Below, piece after piece: positions 1 through 10,124 of a stretch of 64,000 bases of DNA (its first letter is position 1; every line of letters starts with the position of its first letter). Under the pieces are notes generated by a model. That model saw nothing but the letters and a program-made list of their open reading frames with translations, ran no database searches and had not been told where the DNA came from. Location of the stretch: positions 192,001-256,000 of the forward strand of contig CAVTRY010000007.1 of assembly GCA_963737265.1 (NCBI GenBank), given 5' to 3'. This DNA is from an uncultured delta proteobacterium (GTDB taxonomy: Bacteria; Myxococcota_A; Polyangia; Fen-1088). Made by a program: the position numbers and the translations under genes.

Positions 1-1443
1 GGCCAGCCAGGCTTCGGGCAAGGGCGCGAAGCCGCCGCCGTCGAGTGGCACGAGGCCAAGGCCGTCCTGCCAGGCCGATAGCACCGCAGCGGCGCCGACG
101 CTGCCGGCGAGCTCGCTCTTGCCCTCGGACAGGACAGTGAAATCCAAGTCAAATCGAACGTTGGGCAGGCCAGCCGCGGCGCCGCCTGCGGCCTCGACGC
201 GCAGCTTGGGTTCGAGGCGCACGTGGGCGCCCACCAACTTGGCGCCGTCGCCGGCCAGCTCGCCCCGCCAGCGCTTGAGCTTGTCCACGAAGCGCGCGGT
301 GTCCGCGCCCTCGAAGCTGGTGTGCCTGCCGCACAGAAGGCTGAGATCGGAACGTAACTTCTCGAGCAAGCGACGTTCCGCCGATTCGTCGCGCACGGGC
401 ACGGGACCGGATAGGTGAACCAGCCTGCCGTCGTCGATGCGCGCGCACGGTGGGTTGCCGTACACCAACTTGGGCAGGACCGCGATCGACGAACCTGTCT
501 GGCTGAGGTCGAGCACCAGCCGCGGGGCGATGCCACGGGCGATGCGCGGCAGGCGCTGGGTGCGAACCTCGACCAGCATGCGGCGATAAAGGTCGGGCAA
601 AACCCGCGACGCCACCTCGCCGAGCTCGGCCGCCGCGTAGGTGCGCACGAGGGGCAGGTTCTGCAAGAATCCGCCGCACAGATCGATCTCGCCGTGGCGG
701 GCGATCTCGTCGGCGGTCGCAACCACGCCCGCGCTCGGCACGGTGGTGATGCGCGGATCGCGGCGCAGGGTGATGGTCACGCCGTCGCCCTGATCGGCCA
801 CGACCGCGTGGGGCAGCACCTCTTCCTCGGACATGGCTACCTGCCGGCCGTCGAGAAAGACCATGCGACACCCGACGAGCACGCGAATCAGCGCGTCCAG
901 CTTGGACGGCGGCAGCGTGGCTCGTGCCGCGCTTTCGAGCAAGCGATCGGCCTGCAGATCGCACTGTTCGACCTGCACATCGCGCGCCTCGGCCGGCCGC
1001 GACAGCAGCGCCGACAGGGTGCCGTCGAGCTGGGTTTCACTGCCATCGGCGCGTACGATGAACCGGCGCAAGGTCAGGCCGCCGTCGACCTGGGCGAAGC
1101 GGTAGGCCACGCGCGCCCAGGTCTCGGCGGTGCTCTGGACGGGCTTCGCTTGCGCGGCGCCGCCGGCGTCTTCCTGACTGAGAGCGATCCCTGCCGCCGT
1201 TAGGTGCTCGCAAGGACGCTGCCGGCCCGGGCAGTCGCAATCCCACTCGTCCTCGCCGGGATAGAGTACCACCTGCGCCGGCACCGCCCGGCCCTGCGCG
1301 CGCACGCGCAGCACGATTTCCTCGTCGCTGCGCGACTCCACCGTCACCGCGCCGGCGCGCACCAGGTTCACGCCCGCCGACCAAACGCCCGCCTTGCAAG
1401 CGCGCCGAAGCGAGGCAATGAGCTTTGCGGTTTCGGCGTCCAT
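1..1443 (-). CDS. SWIM zinc-finger / SNF2-type helicase, N-terminal part (runs off the window)
   Basis: Hand translation from ATG at 1443: MDAETAKLIASLRRACK...EDEWDCDCPGRQRPCEHL (SWIM CxC...CxH); frame stays open to position 1, so it is absent from the ORF track. The helicase domain itself is outside the window and is inferred from this N-terminal architecture. Confidence 0.65.
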   Translation of the reverse strand, partial: MDAETAKLIASLRRACKAGVWSAGVNLVRAGAVTVESRSDEEIVLRVRAQGRAVPAQVVLYPGEDEWDCDCPGRQRPCEHLTAAGIALSQEDAGGAAQAKPVQSTAETWARVAYRFAQVDGGLTLRRFIVRADGSETQLDGTLSALLSRPAEARDVQVEQCDLQADRLLESAARATLPPSKLDALIRVLVGCRMVFLDGRQVAMSEEEVLPHAVVADQGDGVTITLRRDPRITTVPSAGVVATADEIARHGEIDLCGGFLQNLPLVRTYAAAELGEVASRVLPDLYRRMLVEVRTQRLPRIARGIAPRLVLDLSQTGSSIAVLPKLVYGNPPCARIDDGRLVHLSGPVPVRDESAERRLLEKLRSDLSLLCGRHTSFEGADTARFVDKLKRWRGELAGDGAKLVGAHVRLEPKLRVEAAGGAAAGLPNVRFDLDFTVLSEGKSELAGSVGAAAVLSAWQDGLGLVPLDGGGFAPLPEAWLA

Positions 1444-1462
1444 GTTGCGAGGGAAGAAAGAG

Positions 1463-1567
1463 TTCGCCACAGAGACACGGAGAGCACAGTGAGAGAAGAA
1501 GAAAGGGTTTCCGGATCTTGGATCCGAACTACTTCTACCTCTGCGCTCTCTGTGCCTCTGTGGTGAA
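1463..1567. repeat. Imperfect 29-bp inverted repeat (REP/MITE-like, of the type that flanks GxxExxY genes), empty
   Basis: ttcgccacagagacacggagagcacagtg (1463-1491) pairs with ctctgcgctctctgtgcctctgtggtgaa (1539-1567); inner hairpin cggatc-ttg-gatccg. Confidence 0.7.
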
Positions 1568-1575
1568 AAATCCGG

Positions 1576-2832
1576 CTAGAGGTTTGCGATGATGCGCGTG
1601 CCGAACTCTGAACACGACACCTCGGTTGCCCCCTCGGTCAACCTAGCGAAGTCGTAGGTGACGGTTTTCTGCGCGATGGTCTCCTCGATCGCCGCGACGA
1701 TGCGGCTGGCGGCGCCGTTCCAGCCGAGGTGTTCCAGCATCATGATGCCGGACAGAATCACCGAACCAGGATTCACTTTGTCCAGATTCGCGTATTTGGG
1801 CGCCGTGCCGTGCGTGGCTTCGAAGACCGCGTGCCCGGTCAGGTAGTTGATGTTCCCGCCCGGCGCGATACCGATGCCGCCCACCTGCGCCGCGAGCGCA
1901 TCCGACAAATAGTCGCCGTTCAGGTTTAGTGTCGCGACCACATCGAACTCGTCGGGCCGGGTCAGCACCTGCTGCAACGTGATGTCGGCGATGGAGTCCT
2001 TGAGCAGAATCTGTCCCGCGGGCGGCTTGCCAGCGCAGTCGTCCCAGCCGACGACCCGGCCCGCGTATTCGCGCTTGGCCAGGGCGTAGCCCCAGTCGCG
2101 AAACGCGCCCTCGGTGAACTTCATGATGTTGCCCTTATGAACCATAGTCACGCTCTTGCGCCCGTGTTTGAGCGCGTAGTCGAACGCGGACCGCAGAAGC
2201 CTTTCCGATCCCTCGCGCGAGACCGGCTTGATGCCGATGCCGCTCGTCGCCGGGAAGCGGATCTTCTTCACGCCCATTTCGTTTTGCAGAAACGCGATGA
2301 GCTTTTGTGCCTGGGGCGATTCGGCGGGCCATTCGATGCCGGCGTAGATGTCCTCGGTGTTCTCGCGGAAGATCACCATGTCGACCTTTTCTGGATGTTT
2401 GACCGGCGACGGAACGCCGCGAAAATAGCGCACCGGCCGCAGGCACACGTAGAGGTCCAAGATTTGCCGGATGGCGACGTTGAGCGAGGTGAAGCCGCCG
2501 CCAATGGGCGTGGTGAGCGGCCCCTTAATGCCGACCAGATAGGTCTTGAAGGCCTCCAGGGTTTCATCGGGCAACCAGGTGTCGAACAGCTTCTTGGCTT
2601 TCTCGCCAGCGTAGACCTCGGCCCAGGCTATCTTCTTCTTGCCGCCAAACTCCCTTTCCACCGCGGCATCGAGCACCCGCACCGAGGCACGCCAGATATC
2701 AGGACCTGTTCCGTCCCCTTCGATGAAAGGTAAGATGGGATGATCGGGCACTTGCAAGATGCCCTGCTCGTTCATGGTCAAGGGCTCGCCGCCCGCGGGA
2801 ATTTCCGGTTTCGGAGAAAAAGCGGTCGTCAT
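1576..2832 (-). CDS. icd: NADP-dependent isocitrate dehydrogenase
   Basis: [40 protein letters not shown] motifs. Confidence 0.97.
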   Translation of the reverse strand: MTTAFSPKPEIPAGGEPLTMNEQGILQVPDHPILPFIEGDGTGPDIWRASVRVLDAAVEREFGGKKKIAWAEVYAGEKAKKLFDTWLPDETLEAFKTYLVGIKGPLTTPIGGGFTSLNVAIRQILDLYVCLRPVRYFRGVPSPVKHPEKVDMVIFRENTEDIYAGIEWPAESPQAQKLIAFLQNEMGVKKIRFPATSGIGIKPVSREGSERLLRSAFDYALKHGRKSVTMVHKGNIMKFTEGAFRDWGYALAKREYAGRVVGWDDCAGKPPAGQILLKDSIADITLQQVLTRPDEFDVVATLNLNGDYLSDALAAQVGGIGIAPGGNINYLTGHAVFEATHGTAPKYANLDKVNPGSVILSGIMMLEHLGWNGAASRIVAAIEETIAQKTVTYDFARLTEGATEVSCSEFGTRIIANL

Positions 2833-2883
2833 GATGAAGACCTTTTACCGCAATCGATACGTCCTCGTCGACTGCTGCGTCGC

Positions 2884-4844
2884 TCACCTTACCTTCGTCC
2901 CCGGCGAAACCTCGCGATCAAAGACGCACAGGGACAGCTTGTCGCCGCCGGCAGCCAGAATCATGCCTTGCGAAACCACACCTCGAATCTTGGCCGGCTT
3001 CAGATTGGCCAGGTAAAGCACGGTGCGGCCCACCAGATCTGCAGGCGCGTACGCACCGGCAATGCCGGAAATGACCGTCCGTTGCTCGCTGCCCAGATCC
3101 AACGTCAGTTTCAGCAGCTTCTCGGTCTTGGGAACGGCCTCGGCGGCGAGCACCTTGGCCGAGCGAAGATCGATGCGAGCAAGGTCTTCGATAGCGATTT
3201 CGCCAACCGTGCTCGCATCGTCCGCCGCGACGGCCTTGAGTGACGGTGTCTGGTCGAGCCAGGCCGCGATGAGCTCTCTCTGCCGGTCTGGATCGATGCG
3301 CGGAAAAATCGGCTTGGGCTCGACCAACTTGCCGCCCGGCCAGCCGCCCCATGGTTCGGACGGCCAAAGGCCGAAGTCCTGCTCGCGGCCGATCTGGCGC
3401 AGGATCTCGCGCGAGGCTTCGGGCATGGCCGGCGCGACCATTTGCGCCGCGCGACGGATAAGCTCGCACGTGCCGGCCAAGACCTCGCGCAATTCGGCCA
3501 GGTTTCCGGCCTTCTTGAGCTTCCACGGCGCCGTGCGGTCCAGATACACGTTGCCCGCGCGGATCATGGTCCAGGTGGCTTCCAAGGCGCGCGAGGGTTG
3601 CATGTCGTCCCACGCCTTGGTCGCGGCCGCGGTCATGTCCTGCGCACATTGGCGCAAGACTAGTTCTTCCTCGGACAACGGATCGCCCGCCGAATAGCCC
3701 TCGCGGTGGGGCGCATCGAGGGTTTCGCCGAGTTGGCGGGCCATGGAAATGGTGCGGTTGACGAGATTGCCGAGATCGTTGCCGAGGTCGGATTCGTAGC
3801 GCTGGAAAAGCGCCTCGTAGCTGAAATCGCCGTCGTTGCCAAGGGTGTACTCGCGCAGGACGAAGTAGCGCAGGGGATCGGCGCCGATGGAGTCGGCGAT
3901 GAGGCGCGGATCTACGCGCGTGGCCGGCATGGACTTGGAAATCTTCTGCCCCTTGACGGTGATGTAGCCGTGGCAGAACACGCCCTTCGGCGTCGGCAAT
4001 CCCGCGGACATCAGCAAGGCCGGCCAATACACGGCGTGAAAGCGCAGAATGTCCTTGGCGATGAGGTGCGTGCACGCGCCCCACAAGGCCTGTGCGCGCG
4101 CGTCGCTGGTGATCTTGTCCGGCCCGCCCAGCGCTGACACGTAGTTGGTCAAGGCGTCGAGCCACACGTAGACGACGTGGCTGGGATCGTTGGGCACCGG
4201 GATGCCCCATTTGACCGTCGAGCGCGAGATGGACAGATCCTTGAGCCCCGAGCGCACGAACTCGGTCACCTCGTTCTTGCGCGTTTCGGGCCGGATGAAG
4301 CCCGGTTTTTCGTAAAGCGCGAGCAACTTGTCCGCGTACTGGACAGACGGAAAAAGTAGTTCTCCTCGCGCACGCGCTCGACCGGTTTGCGGTGGATGGG
4401 GCAAACCTTCGCGCCGCCCTCTTCGACCACATCCTCCTCGGCTTTCCACCCTTCGCAGCCCACGCAGTACATGCCGTCGTAGTCGGCCTTGTAGATGTCG
4501 CCCTTGGCCAGCATGCGCTGCCACATGGCTTCGACCGAGGCGTGATGGTCGGGGTCGGTCGTGCGGATGAAGCGGTCGTAGCTGATGCCCGCCTGCGCCC
4601 AGACTTCTTTGAATTTGGCCACGATCCCGTCGCTGAATTCCTTGGGGCTGACGTTTTGCTCGCGCGCCATGCGGTCGATTTTCTGCCCGTGCTCGTCGGT
4701 GCCGGTGAGGAAGTAGGTCTCGTGGCGGCGGGCGCGGTGGTAGCGCGCGAACGCGTCGGCCACAGTGGTGGTGTAGAACGTCCCCAGGTGGGGAACGGCG
4801 TTCACGTAGTAAATTGGGGTGGTGACGTAGCAGTAGTCAGCCAT
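2884..4844 (-). CDS. metG: Methionyl-tRNA synthetase with C-terminal tRNA-binding OB domain; split by a 1-bp frameshift near 4340
   Basis: YVTTPIYYVNAVPHLG (HIGH) in ORF 4266-4844; KDILRFHAVYWPA, KISKS and NLKPAKIRGVVSQGMIL in ORF 2884-4524; adding one base at ~4340 restores EENYFFRLSKYADKLL. Confidence 0.93.
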
Positions 4845-4898
4845 GCCGGTAGGTTAACAGAGATGTCGCCCGACGGTGCACTTGGGATCGGCGACTAG

Positions 4899-5852
4899 CT
4901 AGGAGCCTTCGTCGCTGTCGTCGTCTTGGTCGCTTGGAACGGCACCGGGCGCCACGACAGCCTGGGGGCGCGGCGACGCTGGACCGCGAAAATTGGGGTC
5001 GTTCGCAACCAAGCGAACCTCGGACACCGCGAAGTTCATGGGCGGCTTCTCGAAGAAGGAAACCCGCACGCGCCCGCCGAGCACGTCGAGATCGTCGACC
5101 CGGCCGATGCCCTCGGGCGTCTCGACCCGCTTGCCAGCCTTGGGCAGCCCCTTCGACATTTCCACGTAGAGCTCGTCCTCGTAGACGAGACAGCACTTGA
5201 GCCGGCTGCACTGACCCGCGATCTTGGTCGGATTGAGCACCAGGCGCTGATGCTTGGCCATCTTGATGGAAACCGGGGCAAAGTGATTCAAGTAGGTGGC
5301 ACAGCACAGCTCGCGTCCGCACGAGCCAATGCCGCCCGTGATCTTGGATTCATCGCGTACGCCGACTTGGCGCATCTCCACGCGCAGGCACAGGTGCGCC
5401 CCCAAGTCACGCACCAGGCTGCGGAAATCCACCCGTTCCTCGCACGAGAAAAAGAACGTGGCACGATCGCTGCTGCCGCCGAGATCGGTACGAAATAGCT
5501 TGATGGGCAAGCCCAACCCGCGGGCGCGTTCGCGGGCAAAGGCCAGGGCCTCCTGCTGAAGCCGGCGATCTTGTTCCGCGCGTGCGACATCGCGCGGCTC
5601 GGCCCTGCGGATCACGCGGCCAAGCGCGCCCGCTACCTGCCGCATTCCAGTCGCGACAAGCACCACCGCCAGCACGGAGTCGCGCCGATCGTCGACGACG
5701 ACCCGCTCGCCCTGGCGCAGCTCCAGGCCGCCGCAATCACAATCCATGGTCCGACCGCTCAGCGCGAAACGCACCCTGACCGTGGCGCGAACCGCACGAT
5801 CCGAGCGATCGCGCACGGGCTGCGGCGCGGACGGGTTCGAGCTTTCGTTCAT
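4899..5852 (-). CDS. ricT: RicT/YaaT (PSP1 C-terminal domain) Fe-S regulatory protein
   Basis: RVDFRSLVRDL, GGIGSCGRELCCAT, KIAGQCSRLKCCLVYE; conserved holB-ricT-metG order. Confidence 0.88.
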   Translation of the reverse strand: MNESSNPSAPQPVRDRSDRAVRATVRVRFALSGRTMDCDCGGLELRQGERVVVDDRRDSVLAVVLVATGMRQVAGALGRVIRRAEPRDVARAEQDRRLQQEALAFARERARGLGLPIKLFRTDLGGSSDRATFFFSCEERVDFRSLVRDLGAHLCLRVEMRQVGVRDESKITGGIGSCGRELCCATYLNHFAPVSIKMAKHQRLVLNPTKIAGQCSRLKCCLVYEDELYVEMSKGLPKAGKRVETPEGIGRVDDLDVLGGRVRVSFFEKPPMNFAVSEVRLVANDPNFRGPASPRPQAVVAPGAVPSDQDDDSDEGS

Positions 5853-6856
5853 GCGAGCCCTGCCTCGAGGGTTCGCAGATCCATCAACATCTTTTCGAGC
5901 GCGGTCACGGGATTCACATTGGACGACAGGGCCAGGGAAGTCTGCACCACTTCACGCAGAGCGCGACGAAGCACTGCTAAAGCGTAACCTTTTCTGGCGT
6001 GGTCCGCGAGAGATTCAAGCTCGGCGACGCGATCGCGTAGCAATGCAAGGTCGTTGGCCCCCGCCGCAGTGACAAGCGCGTCGCGATACAGGCGCGCCAG
6101 CAGCTCCAGCGCCTCGGGCAGATCCTGCCGACTTTCCTTGTCGGAAAACGCCGACGCCGCATCAAAGATTGCGGCCATCTGCTGGTCTGCCGCCGCCTGC
6201 CGGAAGTTTGCCACGATGGTCCACGGACTCGCTTCCGCCTCGGCTGCGAGAGCCTCGAGCAAGCGTCCCGCCTGCCCCCCGGCCAGCGCGGCCGCGGTTT
6301 CCGCCTGCGCCCTGGTGGCGCCCCTGCGCGAGGCAATTTCCACCAGAGCTGCTGCTCGCAAGCCCACGAAGCGAATGCGCTGCGTGCGCGATCGAATCGT
6401 GGCAAGCAGTCGGTCGGGCGCCGAAGTGACCAGCACCAAGTAGTTGCCGGGAAAGGGCTCTTCTAGCGTCTTGAGCAGGCAGTTCGCCGAGCTCGGATTG
6501 AGGCAGTCCGCTCGATCGAGAACGATGACACGCGCGGGAGATTCGTGGGGCCGGGTCGAGGCGAGCGCGACGACTTCGCGCGATTGATCGACAATGTACT
6601 GCTGCGCAGCCGGCTCGAAAATTCTCGCGTCGGGATGCTGGCCGAACTCGATGCGCCGGCAGGTGTCGCAGGTGCCGCAGCCGCTGCCGGGCGCCTCGGG
6701 ACAGCACAAGGCGAGCGCCAAGCCCAGCGCCGCGCTTCGCTTGCCCGCGCTCTCCGGTCCGTCGAAAAGGCAGGCGTGGGCAAGGCGTCCGGACGCGACC
6801 GAGCGAAGCAACATCGCGACCGCGTGATCTTGTCCGACAATGTCGCGAAGAAGCAT
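5849..6856 (-). CDS. holB: DNA polymerase III subunit delta'
   Basis: IVGQDHAV, CGTCDTCRRI zinc motif, HPD, ANCLLKTLEEP, LLATIRSRTQ. Confidence 0.92.
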   Translation of the reverse strand: MLLRDIVGQDHAVAMLLRSVASGRLAHACLFDGPESAGKRSAALGLALALCCPEAPGSGCGTCDTCRRIEFGQHPDARIFEPAAQQYIVDQSREVVALASTRPHESPARVIVLDRADCLNPSSANCLLKTLEEPFPGNYLVLVTSAPDRLLATIRSRTQRIRFVGLRAAALVEIASRRGATRAQAETAAALAGGQAGRLLEALAAEAEASPWTIVANFRQAAADQQMAAIFDAASAFSDKESRQDLPEALELLARLYRDALVTAAGANDLALLRDRVAELESLADHARKGYALAVLRRALREVVQTSLALSSNVNPVTALEKMLMDLRTLEAGLA

Positions 6857-6926
6857 GGGAGCAACAAGCTAGCAAAATCCGCGCGCCGAATCGACAGTCC
6901 CGCTCTTCGTGGCTAGACTCGCTGTC

Positions 6927-7583
6927 ATGAGCATCCTTGAGCGGCTGTCGACCCTGGTGAAATCGAACGTCAACGATCTCATCGACGAAATGCAGGATCC
7001 GGCCAAGGAAATCGATCAGATGGTGCGCGACATGGAGGATTCCGTTCGCCAGGCGCGCCTGGAAGTCGCGTCGTGCATGGCCGAGGAAAAACGCCTGGCC
7101 AAGCAGTCCGAGGATTTGGCCGCGGCGGCAAGGTTCTGGGAAGAGCACGCCGCGCGGGCGGTGCAAGCCGGCGACGACGCGCTCGCCAAGGAGGCGCTTC
7201 GGCACAAGGCCGAAAAGGAAGCGGATCGCATCGAGACCGACAAAGCCGCCGCCGAACAGAAGCTGCAGGTGGACAAGCTCGCGGCGGGTCTGCGCACCCT
7301 CGACTTGCGCGTGAAGGATGTAAAGCTGCGCCAAGGCAGCCTGCGCGAAAAGGCCCGCGCCAACCGCGGCCAGGATCCGGTTTCCACCGGCACGTCGGCG
7401 TTCTCCGATTTCGAGCGGATGTCGGGAAAAATCGACGCTGTGGAAGCCGAGGCTAGCCTGTCCGACGAACTAGCCGGGAATACGGCCGAGAGACGCGCGA
7501 CCGAACGCAAGTTGGAAAACTTGAGCGAAGACAGGTCGATCGACGACGCTCTCGCGGCCCTCAAACGAAAGCTATCGAGCTAG
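6927..7583 (+). CDS. pspA: PspA/IM30 family protein
   Basis: MSILERLSTLVKSNVNDLIDEMQDPAKEIDQMVRDME; coiled coil; C-terminal DDALAALKRKL. Confidence 0.9.
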   Translation: MSILERLSTLVKSNVNDLIDEMQDPAKEIDQMVRDMEDSVRQARLEVASCMAEEKRLAKQSEDLAAAARFWEEHAARAVQAGDDALAKEALRHKAEKEADRIETDKAAAEQKLQVDKLAAGLRTLDLRVKDVKLRQGSLREKARANRGQDPVSTGTSAFSDFERMSGKIDAVEAEASLSDELAGNTAERRATERKLENLSEDRSIDDALAALKRKLSS

Positions 7584-7648
7584 CCCACGTTATACATCAA
7601 CTGCACCCTGTCAAAGCGCGCGAGCGGGCTTGAAGACGCGTGCGGAGC

Positions 7649-7710
7649 CTGCCAGCTTTGCTGGCAGCGCAGCACCGCGGGAGGGTTTGGGAACCCTCCC
7701 AGGGTTCCCA
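7649..7710. repeat. Cluster of hairpins between convergent genes (REP-like or bidirectional terminator)
   Basis: ctgccagc-ttt-gctggcag; gggagggtt-tggg-aaccctccc; overlapping tgggaaccct-ccc-agggttccca. Confidence 0.55.
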
Positions 7711-7723
7711 TCACAATCGGGCT

Positions 7724-8515
7724 CTAGTGTTCTCGCTGCATGGCCGCCAGGCGACGCGCCATCAGAAGGAGCAGCGTGGCCAGCAAAGCCAGCACCAGGC
7801 AACCGACCGCCACGCAGCCAAGCACGACGCCTCGACTGTCCGTCGTCATTCGCAGGGGGCCGAGCGCGACGAGGTTCACGCCTTGTGGCGCGGGTGCTTC
7901 GGGCGCGGCTGTCACCACCACCGCGACCGCGTCTCTCTCCAGGCTGGGCACGCTTCCCGCCACCAGCTTCTGCACCTCTGATTCCAGAATTGGCGCCGGC
8001 CGCCCGGCGCGGGCCTTGAGCAGCACGGCCGCCTGCGCGGGCACGCGTGGCTTGCCGTCGGCGGCCAGCGGGTCGGGCTCGGGCAACACCAGATGCACTC
8101 GCGCATTCACAACGCCCTCAACGGTTTCCAGCGTCCGCTCGATCTCGCCGGCCAGGGCCTCGACATAGCGGGCGCGCTCCTCGGTGGGCGTCGGCACGAG
8201 GCTCGGCTGCTTGTAGACCTCGCCAAAGCCCGAGCGCCGGCCGCGCGGCAAGCCCAACGAGCGCATCAGCTCCAACGCGCGCACGGCGTCGGACTTGGCG
8301 ACAGTGACGACGAACGCTTCTCCGCCCGCTTCGTCGCGATTCTTGCTGGCGCCGATGCCTCCGCGTGCGAGAGCGGTCACCACCTCGTTGGCCGCCGCTT
8401 CGTCGAGCCCGTGCTGAATGGGCGTCGAGCAGCCGAGCACGAGAAACACCGCGATCCATGGACAACGCCCACGACGAACCGCGTCGCTTTCACATCGGTT
8501 GTGAACCATTGCCAT
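7724..8515 (-). CDS. SctJ/YscJ-FliF family inner-membrane ring lipoprotein
   Basis: Lipobox VLGC, IQHGLDEAAANEVVTAL, SLVPTPTEERARY, ERTLETVEGVVNARVHLVLP, LVAGSVPSL, C-terminal TM helix. Confidence 0.85.
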   Translation of the reverse strand: MAMVHNRCESDAVRRGRCPWIAVFLVLGCSTPIQHGLDEAAANEVVTALARGGIGASKNRDEAGGEAFVVTVAKSDAVRALELMRSLGLPRGRRSGFGEVYKQPSLVPTPTEERARYVEALAGEIERTLETVEGVVNARVHLVLPEPDPLAADGKPRVPAQAAVLLKARAGRPAPILESEVQKLVAGSVPSLERDAVAVVVTAAPEAPAPQGVNLVALGPLRMTTDSRGVVLGCVAVGCLVLALLATLLLLMARRLAAMQREH

Positions 8516-8533
8516 CCCTCGCTTCTACAAGGT

Positions 8534-9223
8534 TCATACGTCCAGTTCTCCGAGCGCCTCGCGCAATTGATTGACGGCTCTCGCATGCAGCCGACTGGCC
8601 CACGATTTGGAGAGCCCGAGCCGGGCGCCTGCCTCTTCCAGTTTCATGTCCGCAAAATAGTAGAGCTCCATCAGGCGACGTTCCTTCTCGGGAAGGGTGG
8701 CGAGGGCTTTGCGCACGCGTGCGCGCCCCTGCGTGTCCTGCAACTCATCGTCGGGCGCCTTGAAGCGGTCGTCGGGAATCTCCCAAGCGCCCTCGATGGA
8801 CGTGATATGGACGGTCGCAACGCCGCTCAAGATCTCGGCGATATCGTCGAGCACCTGGCCACGGTCGGTCTTCCTCGCGGAAGGCTCCGCAGCCGCGCTG
8901 GCGGCTTCGCGCTCGGCCGCCGCCGCCACGTATTCGTTGGCCCGCTCTTCGGCCCGGTAGCGGGCATAGTCGCTGCGCGAATACCAACCCATGGTGCGCA
9001 TGCCGTCGAAGATTGCGCCCCGGATCCTGTAGTACGCGAACGTGGCAAAGGCCACGCCCTGCCTGGAATCGAACTTCCGGGCCGCCTCGATGAGCCCCTG
9101 GGTTCCGTAGCCGACCAAATCGCCCGGTTCCATGGTCTTGCCGAGCCGCCGCTGTAATTTTGAGGCGATCGAGTGCACCAAATGCAGGTGCTCCTCGACA
9201 AGCCGGTCCCGATCAGCCGCCAT
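8534..9223 (-). CDS. FliA/WhiG-like sigma-70 family sigma factor
   Basis: DLVGYGTQGLIEAARKFD, FATFAYYRIRGAIFDGMR, region 4 LGLSKSWASRLH. Confidence 0.88.
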   Translation of the reverse strand: MAADRDRLVEEHLHLVHSIASKLQRRLGKTMEPGDLVGYGTQGLIEAARKFDSRQGVAFATFAYYRIRGAIFDGMRTMGWYSRSDYARYRAEERANEYVAAAAEREAASAAAEPSARKTDRGQVLDDIAEILSGVATVHITSIEGAWEIPDDRFKAPDDELQDTQGRARVRKALATLPEKERRLMELYYFADMKLEEAGARLGLSKSWASRLHARAVNQLREALGELDV

Positions 9224-9344
9224 GACAGACGGAGACTAGAACAAGGCCTTGCCGGTCCCGTCAAGCCGGTAGTGCATTTGGGCAGTTTCGAGGCAAGGCA
9301 CGTCTTGAAGGCCGAGCCTTATTGCTTCACTATGGCCTGCTGTA

Positions 9345-10124
9345 ATGGTGGATCTGATTTCCTCCTTGATCCTATCGGTCTATGTCGCCCTGATCGCGAC
9401 GTCCTACGGCGTGTTCGCCCTGCTGCCGGCGGGTGCGCGCAACCGGCGCCTCGACGGACATGGCGGTGTCATGCTCAGCCGCGGAGTCATGGAGGTCGCG
9501 TACAAGCTGTTCAATCCGCTCATCAGCCTGCTTTTCACCCTGCGCGTTACCCCCAACATGATCACGGCGTTTTCGCTCGCGCCGGCCATGCTCTCGGCGT
9601 ATTTCCTGGCCGAGGGGCACTTTGGTCTGGGGGCAATCCTCGCTACGGGTTCCGGGTTTTGCGACATGCTCAACGGCATGCTGGCTCGTCGCTATGGCAC
9701 GATGTCGGATGTTGGCGAGTTGTTCGACGCCGCGATGGATCGCTACGTAGAGTTCTTCCTGCTGGCTGGGCTGACTTTCTACTTCCGCCACCAGCCGGTC
9801 GTCGAGGTCGTGTGCCTGGCCGCCCTGCTCGGCTCGTTCATGGTCAGCTATTCGACGGCCAAAGCGGAAGCCCTGGACGTGCCGCCGCCCAAGGGGGCCA
9901 TGCGCCGCGCCGAGCGAGCGGTGTACCTCATCGTCGGCTGCTGGCTGGTTCCTCTCTGGGCGCGTGTGATGCCCGGACCGGGCACCTTCGTCGGGCTCGC
10001 CATCCGTCAAGAATTTCCGGTTGAGCTAGCCATGCTCGTGGTGGCCGTGGTAGCCAATGTATCGGCGGTGCGGCGCATGCTCCGCACCGCCCAGTTGATC
10101 CGGGCCAAGAAGCACGCCCCATGA
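9345..10124 (+). CDS. CDP-alcohol phosphatidyltransferase family protein
   Basis: TPNMIT and DMLNGMLARRYG...GELFDAAMDRYVE (DxxDGxxAR...GxxxDxxxD, second D replaced by N). Confidence 0.85.
   Translation: MVDLISSLILSVYVALIATSYGVFALLPAGARNRRLDGHGGVMLSRGVMEVAYKLFNPLISLLFTLRVTPNMITAFSLAPAMLSAYFLAEGHFGLGAILATGSGFCDMLNGMLARRYGTMSDVGELFDAAMDRYVEFFLLAGLTFYFRHQPVVEVVCLAALLGSFMVSYSTAKAEALDVPPPKGAMRRAERAVYLIVGCWLVPLWARVMPGPGTFVGLAIRQEFPVELAMLVVAVVANVSAVRRMLRTAQLIRAKKHAP

Noticed and set aside
4266-4524. Programmed ribosomal frameshift in metG
   Set aside because: No slippery sequence at the junction; one missing base restores the conserved sequence, so an indel error is simpler.
4899-6856. ricT in a Gram-negative bacterium as a novelty
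   Set aside because: holB-ricT-metG order is widespread, including in deltaproteobacterial lineages.
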